Source of the DNA: Candidatus Cloacimonadales bacterium
GTDB lineage: Bacteria > Cloacimonadota > Cloacimonadia > Cloacimonadales > JAIOQZ01
Length of the DNA stretch: 64,000 bases
Direction of reading: 5' to 3'
Assembly: GCA_963662655.2 (NCBI GenBank)
Contig: CAXXTU010000002.1
Coordinates: 2,336,001-2,400,000, forward strand
Part shown: positions 49,374-59,779 of the stretch, piece after piece
Layout of the letters: every line of letters starts with the position of its first letter
Numbering within the stretch: position 1 is the first letter of the stretch
Made by a program: the position numbers and the translations under genes
Notes under the pieces: model-generated
What the model was told of the DNA's origin: nothing
The model's input: the letters and a program-made list of their open reading frames with translations, nothing else
The model's database searches: none

Positions 49374-49635
49374 GTTACCTCCAGGAGATTACAACCTTGC
49401 AGGTTCGCTTTATATCAAAAACGAAATAGAATTAAAACCGTCAAGGAAAAACATATACTGAAACGCCCGTGTTTGGAATGAACCTTGTGATCAAACCGGC
49501 CTGATCAGGATATCTCCCGCGCATCTACCAATTCAGCGAGAGCCCCGCATGCTAACGTTTGAAAAAACTCTTTACCTTTGGAGACGGCAATTGATAATCT
49601 GGTATGGATGCTAAATCGTTAGCGAAGGATCGAAT

Positions 49636-50340
49636 ATGAACGCGAAAATTATCAATATACTCCTGACGATCGCCATCGTATTGACAATTACTAACTGCGG
49701 CGGCTCCGATGGAAACAAAGAAGGTGAGGACATGACCAAACTGCATCAACTTAAGACACCGATATTCTGGGCGGAAGGGCACCCGGGCGAACTGAATCGT
49801 GAAAATTGGAAGGTGGAAATTACCGGGCTTTGCGAGACTCCGACCACTTTCACATGGAACGAACTGACCGGGCTCCCCAAGACGATCGCCGACGCGCGTT
49901 TGACCAGCGTGACCAAATGGTCGGTGCGGGGCGATTGGGGCGGCGTGAAGCTTTCCGACCTTTTCGAGCTCGTGAAGCCGAAGGACAACGTGAGATACGT
50001 TCGTTTCTGGTCGGTAGGCCTCGATTACGACACCAGCATTCCGCTTGACATCGCCATGAAGGAGCGCACGCTGCTGGCGTGGGAGTTCGACGGCGAGTAC
50101 CTCGACGAAGACTACGGCGGACCCATGCGCATTTTCTGCCCCTACCTGTGGGGCTACAAATCGGCAAAAAGCGTCGTGAAGATCGAGCTGATGGACCACT
50201 ACGAGCCAGGCTTCTGGGAGCTGCGAGGTTATACGGATTCCGGGGAAATTGTCCCGAGCAAGGTGCGCGACATCAATGAAGGCGGCAAGGTGAAAACCAT
50301 CCCCGGTGGGGAAGTTAAGGGGTTTCTCGAAGACCGATAA
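49636..50340 (+). CDS. Sulfite-oxidase-family molybdopterin-binding domain protein (YuiH/MsrP-like); Mo-ligand Cys replaced by Ser
   Basis: W.V.I.G, T..EL..LP, TSVTKWS, W.GV.L..L, Y.TS.PL, YGGP.R, WGYKSAK, GFWE.RGY; alternative start at 49732. Confidence 0.85.
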   Translation: MNAKIINILLTIAIVLTITNCGGSDGNKEGEDMTKLHQLKTPIFWAEGHPGELNRENWKVEITGLCETPTTFTWNELTGLPKTIADARLTSVTKWSVRGDWGGVKLSDLFELVKPKDNVRYVRFWSVGLDYDTSIPLDIAMKERTLLAWEFDGEYLDEDYGGPMRIFCPYLWGYKSAKSVVKIELMDHYEPGFWELRGYTDSGEIVPSKVRDINEGGKVKTIPGGEVKGFLEDR

Positions 50341-50441
50341 TCGGTAATTTCTCTGAGAAACAGGCTGTAAAGTTTTTTTGGAATTTTTCTCGAAATTTTT
50401 CGTCGAAATTGATATTTGGGGTCACCTCCGCGTAGATTTTC

Positions 50442-50470
50442 TTGACATTATGAAAAACTTAAGGCAAAAT
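50442..50470 (+). promoter_or_regulatory. Sigma70-like promoter
   Basis: TTGACA-N17-CAAAAT upstream of the AAGGAGG RBS and ATG 50505. Confidence 0.5.
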
Positions 50471-50504
50471 GAATTTAATAATCATCTTCTCAAAAGGAGG
50501 CAAT

Positions 50505-51050
50505 ATGAGAACGATAGCGAAAATCGCCGCAATCATCATGATCGTTAGCTTGCTCGCTGCATGCGGTGGTGGCGGCCCAAAAGAAGCGAAGAGTGTGCAG
50601 AAAGTATATTTTCCTGAGTGGTGGCGCGTCCAGGACAGCCCCGAACATGTCAACACGTTCGGAACAGCCATAAAGGTTTCACAAACAATGTCTTATGACG
50701 CAGCATACTCGAACGCGATGAACGAAGCTGCCCAGTATGTGGAAGCCAAAGTCAAAGGCATGGTGAAGAACTTCGAACAGGAATCCGGCGTTGAGAATCC
50801 AGAACTTCTGGCGCTCTCGAGCAAGGTCGTGAAAGTCGTTTCCGAAGCAAAATTCTCTAACGCACTCGTGACAAAACAAGAAACCATCAGTCTCGAGAAC
50901 GGTCGTTTCCAAACCTATGTTCGCGTAGCGATTCCGCAGAAGACGATCAACAAGAACCTGGTTGATAATATCCGCAACGAAGAAGCGCTGTACAACGAAT
51001 TCAAAGCCTCTCAGGCTTTCAAGGAATTGGACGCAGAACTCGGGAATTAA
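50505..51050 (+). CDS. LPP20-like lipoprotein
   Basis: LAAC lipobox; P.WW, G.A, A...A..E.A..V..KV. Confidence 0.7.
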   Translation: MRTIAKIAAIIMIVSLLAACGGGGPKEAKSVQKVYFPEWWRVQDSPEHVNTFGTAIKVSQTMSYDAAYSNAMNEAAQYVEAKVKGMVKNFEQESGVENPELLALSSKVVKVVSEAKFSNALVTKQETISLENGRFQTYVRVAIPQKTINKNLVDNIRNEEALYNEFKASQAFKELDAELGN

Positions 51051-51070
51051 TCAAGACCGATTTTTTAGAG

Positions 51071-51103
51071 AAAGCCTGTGAATGGAAGTTTGCAGGCTTT
51101 TTT
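51071..51103 (+). terminator. Intrinsic terminator
   Basis: AAAGCCTGTGAA/TTTGCAGGCTTT followed by TTT. Confidence 0.65.
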
Positions 51104-51237
51104 CTGCATCAAATCCCGAAGAGTACCCATCCATTCGGCATCCTTTCAGCTTCAAGTAGTTTCGCATTAACAATCCAGATTGCCCTCCTGAAAAGATTGA
51201 CATCTTCCTCGAAATATGCGGTAAAGGTACTATCACG

Positions 51238-54200
51238 ATGGGGGAACTACGCATGATCCGTCACATACCGCCGTTCATTCTCCAGAACCACGAACAGAAT
51301 GCCTATTCTGGCAGCTTCAAGGGCTTCGCGCTGCTTTTCGACATCGCCGATTTCACGAAAATCGGGACATCGCTTCAGAAACAGGGCAAGAAGGGCGCCG
51401 AAGAGCTTAGCCGCTTTCTGGAAGAGGTTTTTCAGGCGCCGATTTCAGCGTGCGAGCGAAACGGCGGCTTCGTCAGCGTGTTTGCCGGCGACGCGGTGTG
51501 CGTGCTGTTTCCGGGTGGGAAACCGCAGAACGTGCTGCGTGCGGTGGTCGATATCCGCGATCATTTCAGGGATCACAACCGCTTCGAGACCGCATTCGGC
51601 AGCTTCGACGTGAAGGTTCGCCTGACGATCGTCACTGGCGAAATCCGCTGGAAAATATTCATCAACGACACCCAGAACGAGTACGTCTTCTTCGGGGAAA
51701 CCATCCGCGAGATGGCGGAACTTTCGGGCATGAAGGTCGACGTGATATTCTCCGACGATGCAGGAAAAGCTCTCGGCGAGGAGCATCTGGAAAGGCTCAC
51801 GACCGGCTACCGACTGATGGATAATCCCGTCGAAATCAATTGCAAACCTCGACCGCTCAGCTACGAGTATTCGCCCAAAACCATCGAAAGCTTTGTCCGC
51901 GCCTCCATCCGCAACGAGAGCCCCACGAGCGAGATACGCTCCGCCGCGTACTGCTTCGCCAATCTGGAAGGTGTTCCGGCTGACCGGCGCGAGAACGCCA
52001 TCGCCGCCATCGCACGTTTCGCCAATACCTACGGTGGCTTCGTCAACAAGCTTGACGCCACGGACAAGGGCCTGATCGCCATCCTTTTGTTCGGTCTGCC
52101 CAAAACGGAGGGAAAGACCCTCGAGCGGATATGCAGCTTCTCGCTGGAGGTAACTGCGCAAGTCTCGGGAATCGCGCTGGGAATCAGCTGCGGATCGGTT
52201 TTCGCCGGGTACACCGGCAACGGCGACACGAAGGAATATACCGCGCTCGGACACCCTATCAACCTTGCCGCAAGGCTCATGAGCAAGGCAAAGGCGGGAG
52301 AAGTCCTGACCGACCACTATTTGCAGAAAGAATTGCGCAAGACCTTTGACTTTGAGTCCATAGGCGAGATCAATCTGAAGGGCATCTCGTTTCCGATCCA
52401 ACATTTTCGGCTACTCGCAAGAACCACGCAGAAGCATACGCAGTATGCATCGGAGTTCGTCGGGCGGGAAACGGAGTCAGCACAGATCAAGGTTCTGATC
52501 GATCGAAATCACAAAGAAAAATCCAACCTCGCTTGTTACGTCGTGGGCGACGCCGGCGTTGGTAAATCGCGCCTGATCGGCGAGATCATGCACGCATTCG
52601 AGAACGACGATTTCCACGTCTTCCACCTGCACTGCGACGCCATTCTGCAGAAATCGTTGGAGGTGATCAGGCAGCTGCTTCGGCGCTACTTCCATTTCGA
52701 TCCGACCATCGGAAAATCCCGCGGGATCGAGTCTTTCAGGTCACAATGGGCATCCTTGGCCGATGACGACGCCGAGCTTGAGCGTATCGAGTCGATCGTT
52801 GCTTCGATGTTGGGCTACGAGTGGGAAGACTCGGTTTGGAGCGTGCTTCCAAGCAACGAAAAGCCCGTCCAGCTCAAGAACGCTTTTTCTCGCTTCATGC
52901 AGAAAATCGCCGGTCAAAAACCCGTCCTGATCCACCTCGACGACCCGCAGTGGATCGACGACAGCAGCAAGGAATATCTTCAGCACGTCGGCGAGAAGCG
53001 GATAGCGCCCATCGTCCTTCTTTGCGCCTGCCGCTACACGGAGGACGGCAAGATACCCGACCTGGATATCCCCAACCACGCATCCGAAACAATAGCGCTC
53101 TCCTCGCTCGACATCGCAGGCAGCCGCAACCTGATCGCGTCGATCCTCGGTCTGAACACAGTCCCCGAAGCGACGGTGGAAGCGATCGACCGCAAGGCAT
53201 CGGGTAATCCCTTCTTCATCGAACAACTCGTCGCCTGGCTTCAGGAAAACGACCGCTTCGACGCATCGGGCGGCCTCACGCAGGCAATCGACATGAGCGT
53301 GACGTTTAGCATCTCGGACGTGATCGGCAGTCGCGTCGATCGTCTCGCCGAGGCGGTTAGAGAATGCGTTTATCACGCGTCGGTTCTAGGCATGGAGTTC
53401 GATGTGCAGGTGCTCTCGAAGATGCTGAATCGAGAGGCACAACCTGCACTCGACGACGGGATGCGAAACCGCATCTGGAATATCCTGAACGAAATCCGCT
53501 ACATCTTCAGCCACATCCTCATCCGCGATATCGTATATCAGCGCATGATGAGCGAGCGGCTTCGTGAGCTGCACAAGATCGCCGCCGAAGCGATGGGAAC
53601 CGTCTACAAGGACAACGAGGATGCACTGAACGAATATGCGGAGGAAATCGCTGGGCATTATCTTGCGTGTGGCAACGAGATCAAAGCGGCGGATTTCTAT
53701 CACAGATCGGGAACCTGGCATGGTGACAACTACCGGTTGAAACTTGGGGAGGCGATTCTTACAAAGGCAGCGGAAATCAGGGAAAGGATATTGGGAGAAG
53801 ATCACCCAGCAACGGCAGATTCAAAAAGCAATCTTGCTGTTTTATGCGAGAAACAGGGGAAATTTACGAAAGCGGAATCGCTTCATTTGCGTTCTCTGGC
53901 GATTCGTGAGAAAGTTCTGGGACTGGAGCACCCGGACACGGCTTCTGCATACAACAATCTGGCAGCGCAATTTGAGAAACAAGGCAGATTTTTGGAGGGA
54001 ACTTCGATGCATTTGAAAGCGCTGGCGATACGAGAGAGCAAACTTGGTCCAGAGCACCCCCTAACCGCTGACTCGCTGAACAATCTGGCCATTATTTACA
54101 CTGATCAGGGCATATTTGATAAGGCGGAACCCCTGCATCTACGATCGTTGGCAATACGAGAGAAGGTGCTTGGCGCTGGACACCCGGCAACGGCTTCGTC

Positions 54201-54936
54201 GTACAACAACCTTGCAATCCTGTATCTAAATCAAGGCAGATACGAGGAAGCCGAATCCCTATATAAAAAAGCGCTCTCAATGCGCAAGGATATTTCCGCC
54301 TCAGGTCACCCCGATATTGCCGATACACTGAACAATCTGGCTGTTTTATACTACAATCAGAATAAGCTCGAAGAAGCTGAACCTCTTTATCTGCAAGGAA
54401 TGGAAATTAGAATGGCCATTCTGGGTCAGGAACATCCACTTGTAGCCGATTCACTGAATAACCTGGCAAGTTTGTACAACGATCAGGGCAATTATAAAGA
54501 TGCTGAAGCGCTTCACCTGCAAGCGCTATCGATACGAGAAAAAGTACTTGGGCCAGAGCACCCCGATACGGCATCATCGATTAACAATCTGGCACTGCTT
54601 AATGAGAATCTGGGTAACTTTGGCGAAGCCGAGCGCTTGCATATAAAAGCCCGGACGATAAAAGAAAAGGTTCTGGGGCCAGAGCACCCGGACACTGCTT
54701 TCTCTCTTTTCAATCTGGCATTGCTCTACAAAGACCAGAGGAGATATGAAGAAGCGGAACCTCTGTTATTACGGGCTATGACAATTTTGATTAAAACTCT
54801 TGGCGCAAGGCATCCCGACACGATTGCTACAATCGAGGTCATTGTCTCCCTCTACGAGCAAACCGGCAACGAAGGAAAAGTATCCCACTACCGCGCCATG
54901 CTGGTGCAGCGAAATGATGGGCAGAACGACACGTAA
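51238..54936 (+). CDS. Tandem class III nucleotide cyclase + STAND ATPase + TPR protein (soluble adenylyl cyclase-like architecture)
   Basis: DIADFT, FAGDA, DKG, EYTALG..INLAARLM; Walker A GDAGVGKS, Walker B LIHLDD.QWID, GNPFF, F.H; 42-aa repeats LAIREKVLG.EHP.TA...NNLA. Confidence 0.9.
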   Translation: MGELRMIRHIPPFILQNHEQNAYSGSFKGFALLFDIADFTKIGTSLQKQGKKGAEELSRFLEEVFQAPISACERNGGFVSVFAGDAVCVLFPGGKPQNVLRAVVDIRDHFRDHNRFETAFGSFDVKVRLTIVTGEIRWKIFINDTQNEYVFFGETIREMAELSGMKVDVIFSDDAGKALGEEHLERLTTGYRLMDNPVEINCKPRPLSYEYSPKTIESFVRASIRNESPTSEIRSAAYCFANLEGVPADRRENAIAAIARFANTYGGFVNKLDATDKGLIAILLFGLPKTEGKTLERICSFSLEVTAQVSGIALGISCGSVFAGYTGNGDTKEYTALGHPINLAARLMSKAKAGEVLTDHYLQKELRKTFDFESIGEINLKGISFPIQHFRLLARTTQKHTQYASEFVGRETESAQIKVLIDRNHKEKSNLACYVVGDAGVGKSRLIGEIMHAFENDDFHVFHLHCDAILQKSLEVIRQLLRRYFHFDPTIGKSRGIESFRSQWASLADDDAELERIESIVASMLGYEWEDSVWSVLPSNEKPVQLKNAFSRFMQKIAGQKPVLIHLDDPQWIDDSSKEYLQHVGEKRIAPIVLLCACRYTEDGKIPDLDIPNHASETIALSSLDIAGSRNLIASILGLNTVPEATVEAIDRKASGNPFFIEQLVAWLQENDRFDASGGLTQAIDMSVTFSISDVIGSRVDRLAEAVRECVYHASVLGMEFDVQVLSKMLNREAQPALDDGMRNRIWNILNEIRYIFSHILIRDIVYQRMMSERLRELHKIAAEAMGTVYKDNEDALNEYAEEIAGHYLACGNEIKAADFYHRSGTWHGDNYRLKLGEAILTKAAEIRERILGEDHPATADSKSNLAVLCEKQGKFTKAESLHLRSLAIREKVLGLEHPDTASAYNNLAAQFEKQGRFLEGTSMHLKALAIRESKLGPEHPLTADSLNNLAIIYTDQGIFDKAEPLHLRSLAIREKVLGAGHPATASSYNNLAILYLNQGRYEEAESLYKKALSMRKDISASGHPDIADTLNNLAVLYYNQNKLEEAEPLYLQGMEIRMAILGQEHPLVADSLNNLASLYNDQGNYKDAEALHLQALSIREKVLGPEHPDTASSINNLALLNENLGNFGEAERLHIKARTIKEKVLGPEHPDTAFSLFNLALLYKDQRRYEEAEPLLLRAMTILIKTLGARHPDTIATIEVIVSLYEQTGNEGKVSHYRAMLVQRNDGQNDT

Positions 54937-54945
54937 AAAATAACG

Positions 54946-55190
54946 CGCATCGAGGAGTGCTTCGCGTTGGGCCAAGCCGCCGGAAATTATTCACTCCGAC
55001 TTGTGCTCGACAAACATGAAACCATCGAGCAGACAATTCAAATTGTTGAAAACCAGGATAACGTTTGCTGGTGAAGGGGCAAGAGCTTTCCCGATCGAAC
55101 CGGATTCAGATGGTGCAAGTCGAAGCTGGTTGTTTTTTTCAAGCGGCAATCGCTGCATCAGTACCGATCCTCGCGGCCCCGATAACAGAT
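54946..55190 (+). pseudogene. Scrambled remnant of a PEGA + FGE-domain gene
   Basis: GNYSLRLVLDKHETIEQTIQI (PEGA-like); MVQVEAGCF and STDPRGPD (FGE-like) in broken frames. Confidence 0.4.
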
Positions 55191-55826
55191 TCCATTCATA
55201 CGTTTGTGTAGCACACCCGAAGGAAGGCCTTATCTGGCGGTTCAAAAATGATTTGAATGAGCACGAGAAATGCGATTCTTTCAGAAGCTCTGAAGCGTAC
55301 AGAGAGTTGGATGCCAGAACCAGTAAATGATTGTGAAGGGCCGACAATTAGAAAAGGATCCGGTCAGGCATCCTATCTGGGGGAGAGTGGAATAATGATT
55401 ACCACACCTGAGTTGGCGTGTATCAATGACTGACCGGATATGGGTATTCGAACTTGTCGAAAAAAAAGAAGGAGCAGTTCGGAACCGGGGTGAAGAGTTT
55501 CTACTGCCCCTTTTATAGGTCTTGCCCAGACCAAAATGTATAATTGACATTAATACAAAAACTACGATTAAGAACGAACACCAATATGTATAACAATACC
55601 TGTGCCAATTGCACCAATGCAATCTAAAGCACTGACCAGCATACCGTTGCAATTTTCTCTCAAAATCACGAGAACCCTCTAGTGAAGCATTCCCTGCATG
55701 AACTGCCTAAATTTCTACACTCCGCTCAAATCCGTGCATAAGCATTCGCGAAAAGCTCGCGGAACTTCATTGACTTTTTCGCTCCCCTTTTTAAATATGC
55801 ACAAATTGGTTCTGGCAGGAGTGAAT

Positions 55827-56726
55827 ATGAATATAGAGAATCCCATGATCTGGTGCGTCGGAGACCTCCACGGTAATCTCGACAGATACGAAGCCCTGTT
55901 TGCAGAAATTGAGAACGACCCGCCGGACGTCCTGTGCTTTGCCGGCGACCTTCTGCCCGGATGGCACAGTCCCTGGAACGGCGACGACTTCATCATCGAC
56001 TACATTGGCAAGCGCCTCGAAGACCTGAGAAGCAAATTCCCCGATCGCTTCCCGCTGATTTTCGCAATTTTGGGAAACGATGATCCTCGCATCAACGAGA
56101 GCAGCATGCAGGAGCTGGAGAAGCGCGGCATCTGGAAATACATCCACTTCACACACGATAAACAACGCTCTTTCGATCTATTCGGCTACAGCTATGTGCC
56201 GCCAACACCTTTCCGGCTCAAGGATTGGGAACGCTACGATGTTTCCCGCTTTGTCGATCCGGGCTGCGTATCTCCGGAGGAGGGATCGAGAACCGTTGAG
56301 GTCAATCCCATCGACGTCCGCTACGGAACCATACGCGACGATCTTGCTAAGCTGACGAAGGATTTTGAACCGGATCGAGCCGTAATGCTTTTCCACAGCC
56401 CGCCCTACAAAACCAGGCTCGACCGAGCCGCGCTGGACGGCATGATGATCGACTACGCTCCGCTGGACATCCATGTCGGCAGTATCGCGATCAAGGAGTT
56501 CATCATCAAAAGCCAGCCCCGCATCACATTCCACGGGCACGTCCACGAATCCTCCCGGCTCACGGGACACTGGCGAGAGAAGATCGGAACTACATGGAGC
56601 TTCAACGTTTCCACCGACACAAATGAATTGGCAATTGTCCGCGTGCCGTTTCTGCACCCTGAAGACGCTGAAAGAAAGTTGATTAGCATCAAGAAAATGA
56701 ACGATAATCACGTGGGCAATTTTTAA
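55827..56726 (+). CDS. Calcineurin-like metallophosphoesterase (Icc-related)
   Basis: GDLHG, GDL, GNDD, HSPP, HGHVHE. Confidence 0.88.
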   Translation: MNIENPMIWCVGDLHGNLDRYEALFAEIENDPPDVLCFAGDLLPGWHSPWNGDDFIIDYIGKRLEDLRSKFPDRFPLIFAILGNDDPRINESSMQELEKRGIWKYIHFTHDKQRSFDLFGYSYVPPTPFRLKDWERYDVSRFVDPGCVSPEEGSRTVEVNPIDVRYGTIRDDLAKLTKDFEPDRAVMLFHSPPYKTRLDRAALDGMMIDYAPLDIHVGSIAIKEFIIKSQPRITFHGHVHESSRLTGHWREKIGTTWSFNVSTDTNELAIVRVPFLHPEDAERKLISIKKMNDNHVGNF

Positions 56727-56852
56727 CCCGATTTCAAAAAAAACTGAGATTGCAAATCTAAACAAAAAAATTTTATTGTCCGTAAACCGTCACCCCAAAA
56801 GGGAATTTTGTAATTCCGAACCTCCCGCGGAAAGAGCAAAAATATTTCTGTC

Positions 56853-56881
56853 TTGACAGGAATCCTAACTCTTTCCATCTT
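56853..56881 (+). promoter_or_regulatory. Possible nrdDG promoter
   Basis: TTGACA-N17-CATCTT. Confidence 0.35.
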
Positions 56882-56984
56882 AAGAATTAAGATTTCGAGT
56901 TATCCAATTCAGGAAATCTGCGTGCATATTCTTAAGTGACTGTAAAATATTAAGATAGTGTTTATTTATTCTCATGGGGGATTC

Positions 56985-59087
56985 ATGATTCAAAAAATTA
57001 GAAAACGTAATGCTCAGGTTGTACCTTTCGATTCCGAAAAGATCACAAACGCCATTATGAAAGCCGGGGAAGCATCCGGTGAATTTGATATAGACATCGC
57101 GAAAAAACTCACGCTTCGCGTGATGAACCTCACCCTGCAAGTCATTCACAACGACATCCCCACCGTCGAGCAGGTTCAGGACATCGTCGAAGACGTCCTG
57201 CTGGCCTCGCCGTACAAGCAAACGGCCAAGGCTTACATCATCTACCGCGATCAACACGCCAAGATTCGCGAGATCGTTTCCCGCTCCAACGTCAATCTGA
57301 TCGACCAGTATCTCGAAAAGCTGGACTGGCAGGTTCGCGAGAACAGCAACATGGCATACTCGCTCCAGGGATTGAATAACTACATCGCTTCCGATATCAG
57401 CAAGATGTACTGGCTCAACAAGGTCTACCCGCCGGAAATCAAGCGCTCGCACAACGAAGGCGATATACATATTCACGACCTTGGACAGATATCCGTGTAC
57501 TGTGTTGGCTGGGACCTTATGGACCTGCTTACGACCGGCTTCAAAGGCGCTACGGGTAAGGTCGAGAGTCGGCCCGCAAGGCATTTCAGAAGCGTGTTGG
57601 GGCAGATCGTCAACTTCTTCTACACCCTTCAAGGTGAAGCGGCCGGCGCGCAGGCGTTCTCGAGCTTCGACACTCTGCTCGCGCCATTCATTCGCTACGA
57701 CGACCTGACCTACGCGGAAGTCAAGCAGGCGATGCAGGAGTTCATTTTCAACATCAATGTTCCCACGCGCGTTGGATTCCAAACGCCGTTTACCAACATT
57801 ACCATGGATCTGACGCCCCCCAAGATGTACCGCGATCAGCCCGTCATCATCGGCGGAGTGCCGCAGGAAGAAACCTACGGCGAGTTCCAGATCGAGATGG
57901 ACATGATCAACAAAACCTTCCTCGAAGTGATGAGCGAAGGAGACGCGAAGGGCCGCGTGTTCACGTTCCCCATCCCAACATACAATATTACCAAGGACTT
58001 CGACTGGGATAGCGAGATCGTGCATTCCCTCTGGGAAGCGACGGCGAAGTATGGAATCCCCTACTTTTCGAATTTTATCAATTCGGACATGAATCCCGAG
58101 GACGCCCGTTCCATGTGCTGCCGTCTGCGCCTGGACACCCGCAAGCTCGAGGCCCGTGGCGGTGGATTGTTCGGCGCGAACCCACTCACCGGCTCGATCG
58201 GCGTGGTTACCATGAACATGCCGCGCATCGCTTACATTGCCAAGGACGAAAGCGAGTTTTTCGATATCCTCACGAGAAGGATGGATATTGCCAAGCAAAG
58301 CCTGGAGATCAAGCGCAAGGTGCTGGAGAAATTCACGCAGAACGGCTTGTATCCCTACACCAAATTCTACTTGGCGAAGGTCTATGAGCGCTTTGGCCAG
58401 TTCTGGAAAAACCATTTCTCCACGATCGGGCTCGTAGGAATGAACGAAGCCTGCCTGAATCTGAAGGGGATCGATATTGGAACCGACGAGGGAGTGGAAT
58501 TTACCACGCGCGTCATGGATTATATGCGCGATCGCCTGATTGAGTATCAGGAGGAAACAGGTAACAACTACAATCTGGAAGCGACCCCTGCGGAGGGAAC
58601 CAGCTATCGGCTGGCACGCATCGACAAGAAGAAGTTCGAGAACATCATCGTCGCCAACGAATCCGCCGTTATCAACGGGGCCGAGCCATTCTACACCAAT
58701 TCGACCCAGTTGCCGGTCAACTACTCCGACGACGTCTTTGAAGCGCTCGACAAGCAGGACGATATCCAGACCCGCTACACCGGCGGAACCGTGCTGCACA
58801 TCTTCGGCGGAGAGAGGCTTCACAACTACAAAACCGTCCGCAACCTTGTCGAGAAAATCTGCAACAACTACCGTCTCCCCTATTTCACGTTCACCCCAAC
58901 ATTCAGCGTTTGCTCGCAGCACGGCTACATCGCCGGCGAGCATTCCACCTGCCCGCAGTGCAACCGCGAGTGCGAAGTCTATTCCCGAGTTACCGGTTAC
59001 CTGCGTCCCGTTTCGCAATGGAACGACGGCAAGAAAGCCGAGTATCAGCTCCGCAAGACTTTCCACATCAAGGAAAAACAGGCATGA
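56985..59087 (+). CDS. nrdD: Class III anaerobic ribonucleotide reductase with ATP cone
   Basis: KR...V.FD..KI..AI; IHIHDL...YC, FTFPIPT, SMCCRL, EATPAE, C..HG...CP.C, YSRVTGYLRPV. Confidence 0.96.
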   Translation: MIQKIRKRNAQVVPFDSEKITNAIMKAGEASGEFDIDIAKKLTLRVMNLTLQVIHNDIPTVEQVQDIVEDVLLASPYKQTAKAYIIYRDQHAKIREIVSRSNVNLIDQYLEKLDWQVRENSNMAYSLQGLNNYIASDISKMYWLNKVYPPEIKRSHNEGDIHIHDLGQISVYCVGWDLMDLLTTGFKGATGKVESRPARHFRSVLGQIVNFFYTLQGEAAGAQAFSSFDTLLAPFIRYDDLTYAEVKQAMQEFIFNINVPTRVGFQTPFTNITMDLTPPKMYRDQPVIIGGVPQEETYGEFQIEMDMINKTFLEVMSEGDAKGRVFTFPIPTYNITKDFDWDSEIVHSLWEATAKYGIPYFSNFINSDMNPEDARSMCCRLRLDTRKLEARGGGLFGANPLTGSIGVVTMNMPRIAYIAKDESEFFDILTRRMDIAKQSLEIKRKVLEKFTQNGLYPYTKFYLAKVYERFGQFWKNHFSTIGLVGMNEACLNLKGIDIGTDEGVEFTTRVMDYMRDRLIEYQEETGNNYNLEATPAEGTSYRLARIDKKKFENIIVANESAVINGAEPFYTNSTQLPVNYSDDVFEALDKQDDIQTRYTGGTVLHIFGGERLHNYKTVRNLVEKICNNYRLPYFTFTPTFSVCSQHGYIAGEHSTCPQCNRECEVYSRVTGYLRPVSQWNDGKKAEYQLRKTFHIKEKQA

Positions 59088-59764
59088 TCGGGGGATTCCA
59101 AAGCTTTTCCATGCTCGATTACCAGGACAAGCTTTGTGCCATCGTCTTCACGCGCGGATGCAACTTCCGCTGCCCGTATTGCCATAATCCCGAGCTCGTC
59201 AACGGATGCCAACTGGTTACACCCTACAAGAACGAGGAAGTCCTCGCTCTCCTGGAGAAAAGGAAAGGCAAACTCGACGCGGTCGTTATCACCGGCGGGG
59301 AACCGACCCTGCATCCCGAACTCCCCGGATTCATAAAGCAAATCAAAGCGATGGGATTCTTTGTTAAACTGGATACCAACGGAACCAATCCCGGGATGAT
59401 CTACAAGCTTCTCGAACACGGGCTGATCGATTACATCGCCATGGACATCAAAGCGCCTTTCGACAAATACGAGCTTCTCACCGGCGCGAAGGTGGATATC
59501 GAAAAAATCAAGACCAGCGTTGATCTCATCCGTAACGCGAACGTCGATTACGAGTTCCGTACAACCGTCGTGGATTTCCTGCTCGATTCCGATGATGTGA
59601 AAAAGATCATCACCTCGCTGCAAGGCGTGAAGCGATACATCATTCAAAATTTCAACCCGTCTCAGACCCTCGACGACACCATCATGAAGCCTTTCGACGC
59701 GACATCCGTCAACCTGCTGCGCGAGTTCGGCGCGCAGCGCTTCGAAGAATTCATGATCCGTTGA
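59084..59764 (+). CDS. nrdG: Anaerobic RNR activating radical-SAM protein
   Basis: GCNFRCPYCHN, ITGGEP, KLDTNG, EFRTT; ATGA overlap with nrdD. Confidence 0.93.
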   Translation: MIGGFQSFSMLDYQDKLCAIVFTRGCNFRCPYCHNPELVNGCQLVTPYKNEEVLALLEKRKGKLDAVVITGGEPTLHPELPGFIKQIKAMGFFVKLDTNGTNPGMIYKLLEHGLIDYIAMDIKAPFDKYELLTGAKVDIEKIKTSVDLIRNANVDYEFRTTVVDFLLDSDDVKKIITSLQGVKRYIIQNFNPSQTLDDTIMKPFDATSVNLLREFGAQRFEEFMIR

Positions 59765-59779
59765 TTCAGGAAAATATCA

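Noticed and set aside
55001..55652. Short ORFs between the cyclase and the phosphoesterase
   Set aside because: No RBS or coherent domain; better explained as gene debris.
56925..56961. NrdR boxes upstream of nrdD
   Set aside because: AATATTAAGATAGTGT is only a partial match to the palindromic consensus, and no convincing second box was found.
56880..59066. 728-aa antisense ORF over nrdD, and similar long antisense ORFs at 31544-32959, 7437-8699, 40877-41977 and 45289-46239
   Set aside because: They mirror well-supported genes, carry no recognisable motifs, and are expected from biased codon usage.
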